DNA of 61,708 nucleotides, from positions 1 through 61,708 of the forward strand of contig JBHPGR010000006.1 of the NCBI GenBank assembly GCA_042570405.1. Direction: 5' to 3'. Made by a program: the position numbers and the translations under genes. The notes below the pieces were generated by a model. The model saw only the letters and a list, made by a program, of their open reading frames with translations. It was not told the DNA's origin and searched no databases. Positions 20,507 through 31,030 of this stretch are shown in pieces. Within the stretch, counting starts at the first letter, position 1, and each line of letters opens with the position of its first letter. This DNA is from Candidatus Omnitrophota bacterium. Its GTDB lineage: Bacteria; Omnitrophota; Gorgyraeia; Gygaellales; Profunditerraquicolaceae.

Positions 20507-23500
20507 TTATCCTAAGAATATATCGGCGTGCTTGATCTGGCGTGCCCTAAACTGCTGAGCATAGGGTGAGGCAAGCGTGCCTGAAGAGATCTCTACTTGC
20601 CTGCCGTCTTTATCCTGGAAGGCGATTCTTTTGATCCTGGCCGCATCCTTACCAAAGGTATTCTTTCTCTTTGGATTATGATATACGATGCGGATCTTAC
20701 TTAAGAAATTAAAGGAGTAAGTATTGTCTTTGGCAAAGAGCCAACGGGCAAGTATTGGTTTAAATCTCAAGCTTAATCCTGCCTTACTATCGATCCAGAA
20801 GGGCCGGGCCCCCACATTCATCAGCAACCAGATATTGATGAATTCCGCGGTCGATCCTGATAGACGGGCGGTGAAGCCGTTGCCCCAGAGGGATCTGTCT
20901 GTATGGGCGCTGCTGACGATAAATGAGGTGTTCTCCAGAGTGCTCCTGCCGTAGATCTTCGGGTCCTGGAAGGGGGGCAGCAGATTCTTAAAGTCCTTAT
21001 AAAATTCTTCGTTTAGGCCCCCGCGCAGGAGCTCAAGTAGATACTTATACTCCATATGCATCCAGATAGATTCATTCTCAAGCCAGCCCGGGGTAAATGC
21101 GCGGCACCTGCCGATCTCCTGCGGCATGCCTTTTAAGGACGCAGTTACCTTGTACATCTTTAGATTCCTGTCAAAGAGCGCACTTTTTCGTGTGGCGCGA
21201 TGTAAGGCTAATGCGCTCTTTTTATTCTCCGCAAGCCTGAGAGCGTGCACCTGGCCTTCAAGGAACAGCGGAAGCCTTTTTTGCCTGAATGCCTTTGCCT
21301 TAATGTAGGGAGATTTTAAGGGTGTGGATCTAGTGATTTCGTTGATGAAGTAGGCGCAGTAGACGCCGGTCTTGCGATCCCTGGCTTTTTTGATCCCGGC
21401 TTCAAGTTTCTTTAAAGCGAGCTCAAGAATTGAATCTATCCTTGCAGAGGTAACGCGTTTTTCCTTGCCGCTGAAACCTAAAATCGTCTTTGCTCTGTAA
21501 GCCTCCTTAACCGATGCGCTTCTATCCCAGTATCTAAAATCTCTGTCAGGACGGTTACTGCGCAGGTTCTCACCGATCAATCTATGAAGGGCATCAAGCA
21601 AGCGGGAGGTTTCCAGGGTGATCTTAAGGCTCTTGATACCGCTTGAACCCAATGATTCCCTGACAAAGATGATCAGCCTCTTCAGTTCAAAGGTCTCATT
21701 AAGCGATGAGCCAAAGAGCGCAGGCAGGCCGTTTAAAGCGTCATACCAGTTAGGTTTGCCGGCTTCCATCTCGATCCCCACGCCGAAGGGGTCAAGCGTT
21801 GCCAGTTTATTCCCGATCAGGCAGAGTAATTTATTTATAAGAGTAGTTTTATAGATCTCGCCCTTACCGTACCGGGTTCTTGAGGTATTGGCAAAAGTCG
21901 TTCTTTTTCCGATAATCGTCGATTTTGCCTGGTGAAGAGATACAGCGGATAGCTGCCGGAGCTTACCCTCTAAAACCTGGTATTTATGCTTCCTGGGATT
22001 GACGGTCTGGGCGCTGTCAAAGAAAGTGAAGACTTTTTTGTTAAAGATGATCTCGCTTTTCTTCTCCGGATAGATACTCAGGTAGTTTTCAAGCAGGTCG
22101 AGGTTGTACGTCCAGTGGTCGGTCCAGAAGCCCTCCCTGTGTTCTGCCTCCTGGTGTTTGGCGCAATCTGCAAGTAGTGTCTGCAGGAACCTGTCTATCG
22201 GCACGTTAAGCTTGACTCTGTGGTTCTTAAGAAAGAAAGCCAGCTCACCGGGCGTAAAGGGCCCGTCCAGGAAAGAGAGGATCTTTTTAATCGATCGCGC
22301 CGGGGCGAGCCTGCTTAATTTCTTTTTAAGGGAGGATCTGCTTCTGGCGCTGAAACGGGCGACCTTGACTACCAGCGGATTATAGCCGTCTGACTGAAGC
22401 AAGTTGCACAAAGTGATCAGGTTTTCATCTCCTACTTCAGGATTAAACCATACATCGCATCTGCGGTTCTGGTTTAAGTCGCGGTAGTTTCCGTCACCTT
22501 GTGAGAAATAGCTGGACTGGATGTGAAACTTATTGTAGTCCCGTTCGAGGTCACCGTGCTTCCTGGAGTACATATAAAACACATTTTTACGCTTCCCGTT
22601 GCTCAGGATCACAGGATATCCTCCGCGCATTATATTATCCAGGTATGTCTGTTTCGCGTAATGATTGAAGCGGCTGCTTGATGATCCGGTATCAATATCC
22701 GATTGAAGCTTAAGGATCAGGTCCCGGTTCTCGCGCCTCTTCTTATCCAGGTAGCCTCGCCCGGTGATCCTGTTTATGGATGAATTAAGCGCGGCTGGAG
22801 AGTGCATGCTTCCGATCAAGGAATGGATATCTTTACTCTCACCGGGAGCGAGGGTAACTTTAAGAAAGGCAAAACCGCAGGGCATCTGGCTGCGGGTGAT
22901 CTGGGTCTTGGGAAGGGTAAAATTCCTGCAGCTGATAAATTCGTGCGGACAGGAGAGGTCATTGGAGGGGCCGAATATGTACTTAGGATCTACGACCGCC
23001 TCAAGGACCTTAGGGCGTTTACCGTTATAGTGAAAGGGAAGATAAAAATTTCCCCCCTTTATATGGATCACCTGTGCCCTATCAACCGGGTCGACATCGA
23101 TCTTATAGAAGGGCACCCCATTTTCCAGGTTTTTGACTCCCATCCAGGCCTCGATCGTGCGCCCTAACTTCTTTAAGAAGAGGTTAGCGGTTCCGTAAGG
23201 GACTATCCTGGGGAGTCCGTCTATTAATTGAAGGCTGATCTTTTTCTTTGAGTTGTTCCTTAACGAAAGGGTCCTGGCAAGAGCCCCATAGGAGTCATTG
23301 GGTATGGTAAAGTATTCGACATCGACCTCAAGGCCCAACGTACGGTTGGTCTCTTTTAATCTTAGGTCGTAGGGGGTAATCGAGATATTGTTTGAAAGAT
23401 GGAAGCCGGCATTAGAGAATCCGTTATGAAATGGTTCATAGAAGAGTTGTTTTGAGCCCTTAGAGGTTCTAATAAAGGTCCGGAATCCCAGAAGATGGGT

Positions 23501-23743
23501 AAACCTCCAGGCTTTATTTGCCGGAAAGAATTCAAGGATCGAATGTTCCTTATCCTTACTGCCGAATGCCGAGACCCCTTGCCCCCTGTTGACGTAAAAG
23601 ACCCAGATCGGGATACCATATCTACCTGCTATACCGGGGAAGAAGCTGGCAAAGGGCTTGGAGGAGTTAAAGTTACTGATCGAAAACTCCCCATTTTCCT
23701 CAATGCTATATTTTACGGATCCTCTGATATGGCCTTTGCTCAT
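20507..23743 (-). CDS. Glycoside phosphorylase, probably GH161 (beta-1,3-glucan phosphorylase)
   Basis: FYVNRGQG, YSRKHGDLERDYN, GNYRDLNQNRR, WTDHWTY, WYDALNGLP, GWLENESIWMHMEYKY, RLSGSTAEF; recognised from memory of the family. Confidence 0.72.
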   Translation of the reverse strand: MSKGHIRGSVKYSIEENGEFSISNFNSSKPFASFFPGIAGRYGIPIWVFYVNRGQGVSAFGSKDKEHSILEFFPANKAWRFTHLLGFRTFIRTSKGSKQLFYEPFHNGFSNAGFHLSNNISITPYDLRLKETNRTLGLEVDVEYFTIPNDSYGALARTLSLRNNSKKKISLQLIDGLPRIVPYGTANLFLKKLGRTIEAWMGVKNLENGVPFYKIDVDPVDRAQVIHIKGGNFYLPFHYNGKRPKVLEAVVDPKYIFGPSNDLSCPHEFISCRNFTLPKTQITRSQMPCGFAFLKVTLAPGESKDIHSLIGSMHSPAALNSSINRITGRGYLDKKRRENRDLILKLQSDIDTGSSSSRFNHYAKQTYLDNIMRGGYPVILSNGKRKNVFYMYSRKHGDLERDYNKFHIQSSYFSQGDGNYRDLNQNRRCDVWFNPEVGDENLITLCNLLQSDGYNPLVVKVARFSARSRSSLKKKLSRLAPARSIKKILSFLDGPFTPGELAFFLKNHRVKLNVPIDRFLQTLLADCAKHQEAEHREGFWTDHWTYNLDLLENYLSIYPEKKSEIIFNKKVFTFFDSAQTVNPRKHKYQVLEGKLRQLSAVSLHQAKSTIIGKRTTFANTSRTRYGKGEIYKTTLINKLLCLIGNKLATLDPFGVGIEMEAGKPNWYDALNGLPALFGSSLNETFELKRLIIFVRESLGSSGIKSLKITLETSRLLDALHRLIGENLRSNRPDRDFRYWDRSASVKEAYRAKTILGFSGKEKRVTSARIDSILELALKKLEAGIKKARDRKTGVYCAYFINEITRSTPLKSPYIKAKAFRQKRLPLFLEGQVHALRLAENKKSALALHRATRKSALFDRNLKMYKVTASLKGMPQEIGRCRAFTPGWLENESIWMHMEYKYLLELLRGGLNEEFYKDFKNLLPPFQDPKIYGRSTLENTSFIVSSAHTDRSLWGNGFTARLSGSTAEFINIWLLMNVGARPFWIDSKAGLSLRFKPILARWLFAKDNTYSFNFLSKIRIVYHNPKRKNTFGKDAARIKRIAFQDKDGRQVEISSGTLASPYAQQFRARQIKHADIFLG

Positions 23744-23804
23744 GTCTGTTTCATTATTTTACACAAATTAGGGCTTTTGTCCACATAAATCTTGGCGACA
23801 ATTC

Positions 23805-23833
23805 TTGACTTTTAGGGGGTTTGATGTTAGTAT
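23805..23833 (+). promoter_or_regulatory. Candidate promoter of the gatCAB operon
   Basis: TTGACT-17 nt-TAGTAT with TG extension. Confidence 0.5.
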
Positions 23834-23856
23834 TAAAATCTAATACAGGAGGCAAG

Positions 23857-24144
23857 ATGTCCCTATCCAAAAAGACGGTCGAGTACGTAGCGCACCTTGC
23901 TCGTATCGACTTGAAGCCAAAGGAATTAGAGAAATTATCCGGCCAGCTGAAGGGGATCATCGATTTTATCGGCAGGCTCAAAAAAGCCGATGTGAGCAAG
24001 GTCGATCCTACGAGCCATATCCTGCCGATAAGTAATGTCTTGCGGGAGGATGAGCCGCAAGATTCTTTATCCAGTACCCAGGCCCTTGAGAACGCGCCAG
24101 AGCTAAGGGAAAACTTCTACGTGGTCCCCAAGATAATCGAATAA
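23857..24144 (+). CDS. gatC: Asp/Glu-tRNA amidotransferase subunit C
   Basis: Start moved to MSLSKK (AGGAGG); VAHLARI, LREDE, NAP, VPKI. Confidence 0.93.
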   Translation: MSLSKKTVEYVAHLARIDLKPKELEKLSGQLKGIIDFIGRLKKADVSKVDPTSHILPISNVLREDEPQDSLSSTQALENAPELRENFYVVPKIIE

Positions 24145-25566
24145 ATGGAGCTTGCATACCTTTGCGCCCACCAGTTAAAAGAAAAAATAGCTAAAAGCGA
24201 GATTTCGCCTGAGGAGATAGAGTCTGCTCTTTACGGGCGGATCCGATCTGTGGATAGTAAGGTCAAGGCCTACGTACGGCTGGGTGAGAGATCCGCGCCA
24301 GCGAAAACCGCAGGGAGCGGCATCCCGGTAACTATAAAAGATAATATCTGTACCCTTGGCCTCAATACCGAGTGCTGCTCCAGGATCCTTGATGGCTTCA
24401 AGCCGCCGTACGACGCCACAGTAGTCAAGAAGCTAAGCGAAGCAGGCCATCCGGTTCTACCGCTGAAGACGAATATGGATGAATTTGCATTTGGTTCATC
24501 CACGGAGAACTCCTGCTTTGGCCCGACACACAATCCCTGGGATTTAGATCGGGTACCGGGAGGTTCATCCGGGGGTTCTGCGGCGGCAGTTGCTGCAGAT
24601 CTAGCGATCTGGGCGTTAGGCTCTGACACCGGCGGCTCAATCCGTCAGCCGGCTGCGTTTTGCGGGGTAGTAGGATTGAAGCCCACATACGGAAGGGTCT
24701 CCAGATACGGACTGATCGCTTTTGCTTCAAGCCTTGATCAGATCGGGCCGCTGACTAAGGATGTCAGGGATGCGGCAATTTTGACCGGGATCATCTCCGG
24801 GCATGACCCGAAGGATTCGACTTCAGCAGTTAGGGATGTCCCGGATTTCACTAAGATATTAGGGAGAGATCTAAAGGGTATCAGGGCGGCTGTGCCAAGG
24901 GAATATTTTGTCAAAGGGATCGACCCGGAAGTAAAGGCCAGAGTCAATGATGCAGTCGTTGAGCTGAAGAAGCTAGGGTGCGATGTAAAGGAGGTCTCTT
25001 TACCGCATACCGAATATGCGGTACCGGTCTATTATATTGTAGCGACTGCAGAAGCAAGCTCTAACCTGGCAAGGTTTGACGGCGTTCAATATGCCTTCCG
25101 CGCCAAGGAGCCTCTTGGCATGATCGATATGTATAAAAAGACTAGGGGCCAGGCCTTTGGAGATGAAGCTAAGCGGAGGAATATTCTGGGCACCTTTGTC
25201 TTATCACACGGCTATTACGATGCCTATTATCTTCGCGCCTTAAAGGTACGCACACTGATCAAGCAGGATTTTGATAAGGTCTTTGAAGAATTCGATTGCA
25301 TCGTCGCCCCGACCGCACCGACTCCCGCATTTAAGTTAGGCGAAAAAACACAAGACCCCCTGAAGATGTATCTTTCGGATATCTACACGATCTCAGCGAA
25401 TTTAGCAGGGATCCCGGCGATATCAATACCTTGCGGCTTTACTAAAGATGGATTGCCGGTCGGACTACAGCTTTTAGCTAAGGCCTTTGATGAGGAGATG
25501 CTCTTTCGGGTAGCCTATGCCTATGAGCAGGGCACGCCCTGGCATACTAAGAAACCAAAATTATAA
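24145..25566 (+). CDS. gatA: Asp/Glu-tRNA amidotransferase subunit A
   Basis: [38 protein letters not shown]. Confidence 0.97.
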   Translation: MELAYLCAHQLKEKIAKSEISPEEIESALYGRIRSVDSKVKAYVRLGERSAPAKTAGSGIPVTIKDNICTLGLNTECCSRILDGFKPPYDATVVKKLSEAGHPVLPLKTNMDEFAFGSSTENSCFGPTHNPWDLDRVPGGSSGGSAAAVAADLAIWALGSDTGGSIRQPAAFCGVVGLKPTYGRVSRYGLIAFASSLDQIGPLTKDVRDAAILTGIISGHDPKDSTSAVRDVPDFTKILGRDLKGIRAAVPREYFVKGIDPEVKARVNDAVVELKKLGCDVKEVSLPHTEYAVPVYYIVATAEASSNLARFDGVQYAFRAKEPLGMIDMYKKTRGQAFGDEAKRRNILGTFVLSHGYYDAYYLRALKVRTLIKQDFDKVFEEFDCIVAPTAPTPAFKLGEKTQDPLKMYLSDIYTISANLAGIPAISIPCGFTKDGLPVGLQLLAKAFDEEMLFRVAYAYEQGTPWHTKKPKL

Positions 25567-27000
25567 ATGGAATACGAAGTCGTTATCGGACTAGAGGTCC
25601 ACCTTCACTTAAATACTAAGACCAAGGCCTTTTGCGGCTGCTCTACTGAGTTTGGCAAAGCCCCTAATTCGCAGGTCTGTCCGGTATGCCTTGGTTTCCC
25701 CGGGTCTTTGCCTGTACTAAACGGCATTGCCCTGGATTACGCAATAAAGGTGGCTCTGGCCTTAAACTGCGAGATCCAGGAATTCACTAAATTCGACCGC
25801 AAGCATTATTATTATCCTGATCTGCCGAAAAATTATCAGATCTCTCAGTATGATTTACCGGTGGCAAGGGGCGGAAATCTTAATATTGAGCAGGAGGGTC
25901 TTAGTAAACGGATCGGGATCTTGCGCGTACACCTTGAGGAGGACGCCGGCAAACTGATCCACGAAAAAGATTCGAGCTTAGTTGATTTTAACCGTGCCGG
26001 TATTCCATTGCTTGAGATAGTCAGCCTCCCGGATATTAATTCGCCTCAGGAGGCGCACGCTTATCTGAGCAGCCTAAAGACCACGCTTGAATACCTGGAT
26101 GTATCGGACTGCGATATGGAAAAGGGTTCGCTGCGTTGTGACGCAAATATTTCGTTGCGCAAAAGCCAAGCTAAGCAGTTAGGGGTAAAAACAGAGCTAA
26201 AAAATATGAATTCTTTTAAAGCGGTAAAGGATGCCTTGACTTACGAGGTAGCGCGTCAGACCGAATCATTAAAATCCGGTAAAAAAATCGTTCAGGATAC
26301 CAGGCTCTGGGATGCCAAAGAGGCAAAGACACTTTCTATGCGCTCAAAAGAAGAGGCGATGGATTACCGCTATTTCCCTGAGCCGGACCTTGCGCCATTT
26401 CTGATCTCTAAAGAGAAGATCAAAAAGATCTCTGCGGAGATCCCGGAGTTGCCGGCGATGAAACTGAAGCGTTTCATCAGGGAGTTCGGCCTCTCTGAAT
26501 ATGATGCCGGGATACTTGTGGCCTCCAGGCCGGATGCGGAATTCGCACAAAACTGTATAGAAGCATATCCGGAAAAGGATAAAAAACCTGTGGTTAACTG
26601 GCTGATCGGCCCTGCACTCTCCGAGGCAAACGAGCGCAAATGCAGCATTCAAGAGTTAAAATTAAGACCGGATGCCTTAATGAAGCTGATCGGCTTTGTG
26701 GCCAGCGGAAAGATCTCAAACTTGGCGGCTAAAGCGGTATTTAAGGAGATGGTCGATGCCGGAAAGGGCGCAGAGGAGATCATCAAAGAGAAAAACCTGG
26801 GGCAGATCTCAGATGCAGGCAGCCTGAATGACCTGATCGAGGAAGTGATCAGGGAGAATAAGAAATCAGCCGATGATTTTAGATCAGGAAAGGCTAATGC
26901 GCTGATGTTTCTGGTGGGACAGGTAATGAAGAAGAGCAAGGGAAAGGCTAATCCAAAAACGGTGCAGGAACTTTTAAAGCGGAGGCTTACTGATGCGTAG
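25567..27000 (+). CDS. gatB: Asp/Glu-tRNA amidotransferase subunit B
   Basis: IGLEVH, YYYPDLPKNYQISQ, LRCDANIS, DYRYFPEPDL. Confidence 0.98.
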   Translation: MEYEVVIGLEVHLHLNTKTKAFCGCSTEFGKAPNSQVCPVCLGFPGSLPVLNGIALDYAIKVALALNCEIQEFTKFDRKHYYYPDLPKNYQISQYDLPVARGGNLNIEQEGLSKRIGILRVHLEEDAGKLIHEKDSSLVDFNRAGIPLLEIVSLPDINSPQEAHAYLSSLKTTLEYLDVSDCDMEKGSLRCDANISLRKSQAKQLGVKTELKNMNSFKAVKDALTYEVARQTESLKSGKKIVQDTRLWDAKEAKTLSMRSKEEAMDYRYFPEPDLAPFLISKEKIKKISAEIPELPAMKLKRFIREFGLSEYDAGILVASRPDAEFAQNCIEAYPEKDKKPVVNWLIGPALSEANERKCSIQELKLRPDALMKLIGFVASGKISNLAAKAVFKEMVDAGKGAEEIIKEKNLGQISDAGSLNDLIEEVIRENKKSADDFRSGKANALMFLVGQVMKKSKGKANPKTVQELLKRRLTDA

Positions 27001-28270
27001 GAAGCTTATAATCTTTTGTGTGTTATTGATCTTGGTTGCGCTGGTAGTCTTTGCAACCAGGGCGATATCGGCCATGGAGAAGAAGAATAAAGATGACCTC
27101 TTCAGGCAGGTCAGCCTCTTCTCTGATACGATCGCGATCATCCAGTCGGAATACGTAGAGGATGTCCCCTCTCAGGATCTGATCTACGGAGCCCTGAAGG
27201 GATTGCTTTCGGCACTGGATCCGCATAGCCAGTTCCTTGACCCTGATTCCTACAAGGAATTGAAGGTTGAAACTGAAGGCAGGTTCGGGGGGCTGGGAAT
27301 CGAGATCACGATCAAAGACGGGTTACTGACTATAATCACCCCGATAGAGGATACCCCTGCCTGGGATGTCGGCCTTAAGGCTGGGGACAGGATAGTCAAG
27401 ATCGAAGACGAATTAACCCGCGACATGACGCTTATTGATGCGGTAAAGCGATTGCGCGGCAAACCCGGGGATGCGGTAAATATTACGGTTTTACGTGAGT
27501 CTGAAAAAAAGCTTCTTGATTTTAAGATCGTCAGAGCGATAATCAAGATAAAAGATATCAAGGACGCTAAGATATTAGAGGATGGCATCGCTTACATCAG
27601 GCTTGTGGAATTCCGCGAGAATTCGGCAAGAGATATTAATAGGGCCCTGGGGGCTCTAAAAAAAGAAGGGATGGATTCATTGATTCTGGATCTGCGCAAT
27701 AATCCGGGAGGCCTGCTTGATGTGGCTGCAAAGGTTGCAGGAGGTTTTATAGAGAAGGACAAGATGATCGTCTATACCAAGGGGAGGAGGGGAAATCAGG
27801 ATCTTAAATTTTTCTCGCGCGAAGATTCACCGCTCCTTGAATTGCCGATGGTGGTTCTGATCAATGAAGGTTCGGCTTCAGGCAGCGAGATCGTCGCCGC
27901 CTGCCTGCAGGATCACAAGCGGGCTATTATCCTGGGAATTAAATCCTTTGGAAAAGGCTCCGTGCAGACGGTGATACCGCTGGGGGATGGCTCGGCATTG
28001 AGGCTGACGACAAGCAAGTATTTTACACCGCTGGGCAAGGAGATCCATGAAAAAGGCGTTCAGCCTGACATTGTCGTAGAGCAACCTCCGGCGCCGTCTC
28101 ATGCCGTCGATGAAGAGAAAGATGCGCCCGGTAAAATATTTGATCAGCTGGAGGTAGAGAAGGAAGAAGAGACAGGGCTTGATGAAAAAGTCAGGGGCGA
28201 TCATCAGCTTGTCAGGGCGATAGACGTGATCAAGGCCCTGAAGATCTACAGAAAGACAAATAGCCGGTGA
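26993..28270 (+). CDS. ctpA: Carboxyl-terminal processing protease (S41) with PDZ domain
   Basis: LDPHS, GLGIEI, LDLRNNPGGLL, SASGSEI, FGKGSVQ. Confidence 0.92.
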   Translation: MRRKLIIFCVLLILVALVVFATRAISAMEKKNKDDLFRQVSLFSDTIAIIQSEYVEDVPSQDLIYGALKGLLSALDPHSQFLDPDSYKELKVETEGRFGGLGIEITIKDGLLTIITPIEDTPAWDVGLKAGDRIVKIEDELTRDMTLIDAVKRLRGKPGDAVNITVLRESEKKLLDFKIVRAIIKIKDIKDAKILEDGIAYIRLVEFRENSARDINRALGALKKEGMDSLILDLRNNPGGLLDVAAKVAGGFIEKDKMIVYTKGRRGNQDLKFFSREDSPLLELPMVVLINEGSASGSEIVAACLQDHKRAIILGIKSFGKGSVQTVIPLGDGSALRLTTSKYFTPLGKEIHEKGVQPDIVVEQPPAPSHAVDEEKDAPGKIFDQLEVEKEEETGLDEKVRGDHQLVRAIDVIKALKIYRKTNSR

Positions 28271-29070
28271 AACGGATCTTATCGTCAAAGAATCTTGTCG
28301 TCTACAAAGCGGCCGTTATCATCCTCTCAACGGTAGTCCTGCTGCAATGGGCGCTTTTTTTCATTTTTATCCGGCCCAGGCTTGAGGGTGTTACTCCCGC
28401 GCCGTTTAAGGGTAAGATCGCTATCGTGATCGACGACTGGGGTTACAGCCTGCAAAACATTCAGACGATCAGCCAGTTCAGCTTTCGGGTCACAGTTTCG
28501 CTCCTGCCGAACCTGAAGTTTTCAAGGGTGCTAGCTGAGAAACTTCACGGGATGGGGCATGAAGTGATCCTGCATCTTCCGATGGAGCCGCAAGAACCTA
28601 AGCGGCTGGAAAAGAATACTATCCTCACCTCAATGGATGCATCTACGGTCAGAAATATATTGGCCGATGACCTGAAACAGCTGCGCCGGGCGATAGGAGT
28701 ATCCAATCACATGGGCTCGAGAGCAACCGAAGACACGGAAACGGTCACCGTTTTGTTCAAGGAGTTAAAACGGAGGAAGCTGTATTTTCTCGATAGCCTG
28801 GTGAGTACGAAATCCGTATGCCAGAAAGTAGCGGCGAGCCAGAGATTGCGATTCGCTAAGCGAGACGTATTTCTTGATAATCGCTCTGACCCGGAATACA
28901 TCTTGGCCCAGATAGAAGAATTAAAGGAGAGAGCCGTTGCCTTTGGCATGAGCATAGGTATCTGCCATGACCGCCGTAATACTCTTGAGGTCCTAAAGAA
29001 GGTAATGCCTGAACTTGAAAAGGAGGGATTTGAGCTGGTGGTCCTCTCGGAGCTGGTGAAAAGGCAATGA
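28267..29070 (+). CDS. Divergent polysaccharide deacetylase family protein
   Basis: IAIVIDDWG, LHLPMEP, NHMGS, FLDS, RDVFLDN; typical ctpA neighbour. Confidence 0.9.
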   Translation: MKRILSSKNLVVYKAAVIILSTVVLLQWALFFIFIRPRLEGVTPAPFKGKIAIVIDDWGYSLQNIQTISQFSFRVTVSLLPNLKFSRVLAEKLHGMGHEVILHLPMEPQEPKRLEKNTILTSMDASTVRNILADDLKQLRRAIGVSNHMGSRATEDTETVTVLFKELKRRKLYFLDSLVSTKSVCQKVAASQRLRFAKRDVFLDNRSDPEYILAQIEELKERAVAFGMSIGICHDRRNTLEVLKKVMPELEKEGFELVVLSELVKRQ

Positions 29071-30044
29071 ATGTCCTGGGGATCGAGACCTCCTGCGATG
29101 AGACGGCTGCTGCGGTAGTGCGTGACGGCAGAAAGGTCCTCTCTAATGTCGTGGCTTCAAGCCTTGCGCTTCACAAAAGATTTGGCGGAGTGGTGCCGGA
29201 AATAGCCTTCCGCAAACAACTGGAGACGATCACGCAGGTAGCAGACAGCTCGCTGGATAGGGCAGGGCTGAACTTAAAAGATATAGGATTGATCAGCGTT
29301 ACCTCTTCACCAGGGCTTTTGGGGTCATTGCTGGTCGGCCTTTCATTTGCCGAAGGTGTTTCTCTAAGCAGGGGGATCCCGCTTTTGCCTATAGATCATC
29401 TTCAAGGGCACATTTATGCCGGCTTTCTTAACGGTGAAAAGATCCCCTTCCCCTTTGTTTCTTTAGTCGCCTCAGGCGGGCACACCAGCCTGAATCTGGT
29501 AAAGGATTTTAGCCGGATCGTTCCGTTAGGAGCGACCCGGGATGATGCATCAGGAGAGGCCTTTGATAAAGTCGCAAAGATCCTCGGATTAGGCTATCCG
29601 GGCGGACCGCCGATAGAACGGCGGGCCCGCAGGGGAAATCGCGAAAAGATCAAGTTCGCCTGCAGCAATACCCCGGATCCGCTGGATTTTAGTTTTAGCG
29701 GCATTAAAACAGCCGTACTCTATTATTGCCGAGATAAAAAGATTAAGCCGCTGGCGGGTAAGCAAATCTCGGATGTTGCCGCTTCCTTCCAGGAGGCGGT
29801 GGTAGATACCCTGGTCAAGAAGTCCCTTTTTGCCTGCGCAAAGACGAAGGCCAGGCACCTGGTGATCGGAGGGGGGGTGGCTGCAAACCAGAGGCTAAGA
29901 GAAAAGTTCCATTCAGGGGGAGCTTTAGCGGGGGTAAAGTGCCACTTTCCGCAGAAGGCCTACTGTATGGATAACGCCGCGATGATCGCAGGGCTAGGAT
30001 ACCGTCTTTTTAAAAAAGGATACCGAGGAGGTAGCTATGCTTAG
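29067..30044 (+). CDS. tsaD: tRNA t6A threonylcarbamoyltransferase
   Basis: GIETSCDET, GGVVPE, SGGHT, GEAFDK, FSFSGIKT, DNAAMI. Confidence 0.95.
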   Translation: MNVLGIETSCDETAAAVVRDGRKVLSNVVASSLALHKRFGGVVPEIAFRKQLETITQVADSSLDRAGLNLKDIGLISVTSSPGLLGSLLVGLSFAEGVSLSRGIPLLPIDHLQGHIYAGFLNGEKIPFPFVSLVASGGHTSLNLVKDFSRIVPLGATRDDASGEAFDKVAKILGLGYPGGPPIERRARRGNREKIKFACSNTPDPLDFSFSGIKTAVLYYCRDKKIKPLAGKQISDVAASFQEAVVDTLVKKSLFACAKTKARHLVIGGGVAANQRLREKFHSGGALAGVKCHFPQKAYCMDNAAMIAGLGYRLFKKGYRGGSYA

Positions 30045-30489
30045 TGAATCCCAGATCATAATCAGGTTAACGCTGGCAGGGGTGCTCAGCGGACTAGTGG
30101 GCTTGGAGCGGCAGATGCACCGCCGCCATGCGGGCCTGCGCACTCATATCCTGGTCTGTCTTGGGTCATGTCTAATAATGTTGACATCCTTATACGTTTT
30201 TGATATATATATAAACAAAGTCCCTCTTGACCCGGCCAGGATCGCAGCAGGCGTGATCGCCGGTATCGGCTTTCTGGGGGCGGGCACGATCATCAGGGAG
30301 AGCGACCGGATCAGGGGCCTGACTACGGCAGCAAGCCTTTGGGTGATCGCAGGTATCGGCCTGGCGGTAGGTTGCGGTTTTTTTACGGGAGCTGTTTATA
30401 CTACGCTGCTGGTATTGGTGGTTTTATTTTTCTTAAGGCGCCTGGAGGCGCAAGCCAAATTAAAGGAAAATCAAGCTAAGAGGAGGTGA
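30037..30489 (+). CDS. MgtC/SapB family membrane protein
   Basis: GLER, AGLRTH, DPARIAA, GIGFLGAG, GLTTAA. Confidence 0.92.
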   Translation: MLSESQIIIRLTLAGVLSGLVGLERQMHRRHAGLRTHILVCLGSCLIMLTSLYVFDIYINKVPLDPARIAAGVIAGIGFLGAGTIIRESDRIRGLTTAASLWVIAGIGLAVGCGFFTGAVYTTLLVLVVLFFLRRLEAQAKLKENQAKRR

Positions 30490-30498
30490 GCTAGGAAA

Positions 30499-31002
30499 AT
30501 GGCTTTTAAGAAAAAGGCGGATGAAAAAATACTGGATGTGGATGCAGCGATGCAGGGGTCCCTTAATTTTAAGGATCCGGTGAACCTGCGGATAAACGGG
30601 AAGTTCGAGGGTACCCTTGAGACAAAGGGGAACTTGACCGTGGGCTCTACCGCTACGGTTCTGGCAGATATTATCGGCGATAATATCGTGATCGGCGGCA
30701 GGGTGAAGGGTAAGGTTACAGCCAAAGAGAGGCTGACGCTTCTTCCTACGGCGATCATCGAAGGTAATATCTTCCCGGCAAAATTGAATGTCGCAGAAGG
30801 CGCGATATTCGAGGGCAAATGCACGATGCTTCACGATTTTCTGACCTCAGAGGAGTTATCCCGGTACCTTGATGTCGATCTGAATTCGATCATGGACTGG
30901 GCTAATTCCGGGAAAGTCCCTGCTTTAAAGGAAGGCGAGGACTGGAGGTTTGAAAGAAAGGCGATCGATTCCTGGGTCGCGACCGGCAAGGTAAAGAAGT
31001 AA
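30499..31002 (+). CDS. Bactofilin domain fused to a C-terminal excisionase-like HTH
   Basis: G.L.F...LRING.FEG...I.G.V.G.V.A..GAIFEG repeats, then FLT.EE..RYL.......WA..GKVPA.K.G..WRF....ID.W. Confidence 0.82.
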   Translation: MAFKKKADEKILDVDAAMQGSLNFKDPVNLRINGKFEGTLETKGNLTVGSTATVLADIIGDNIVIGGRVKGKVTAKERLTLLPTAIIEGNIFPAKLNVAEGAIFEGKCTMLHDFLTSEELSRYLDVDLNSIMDWANSGKVPALKEGEDWRFERKAIDSWVATGKVKK

Positions 31003-31030
31003 GCCCACCGATCAATAGAACGGCTTAAAA

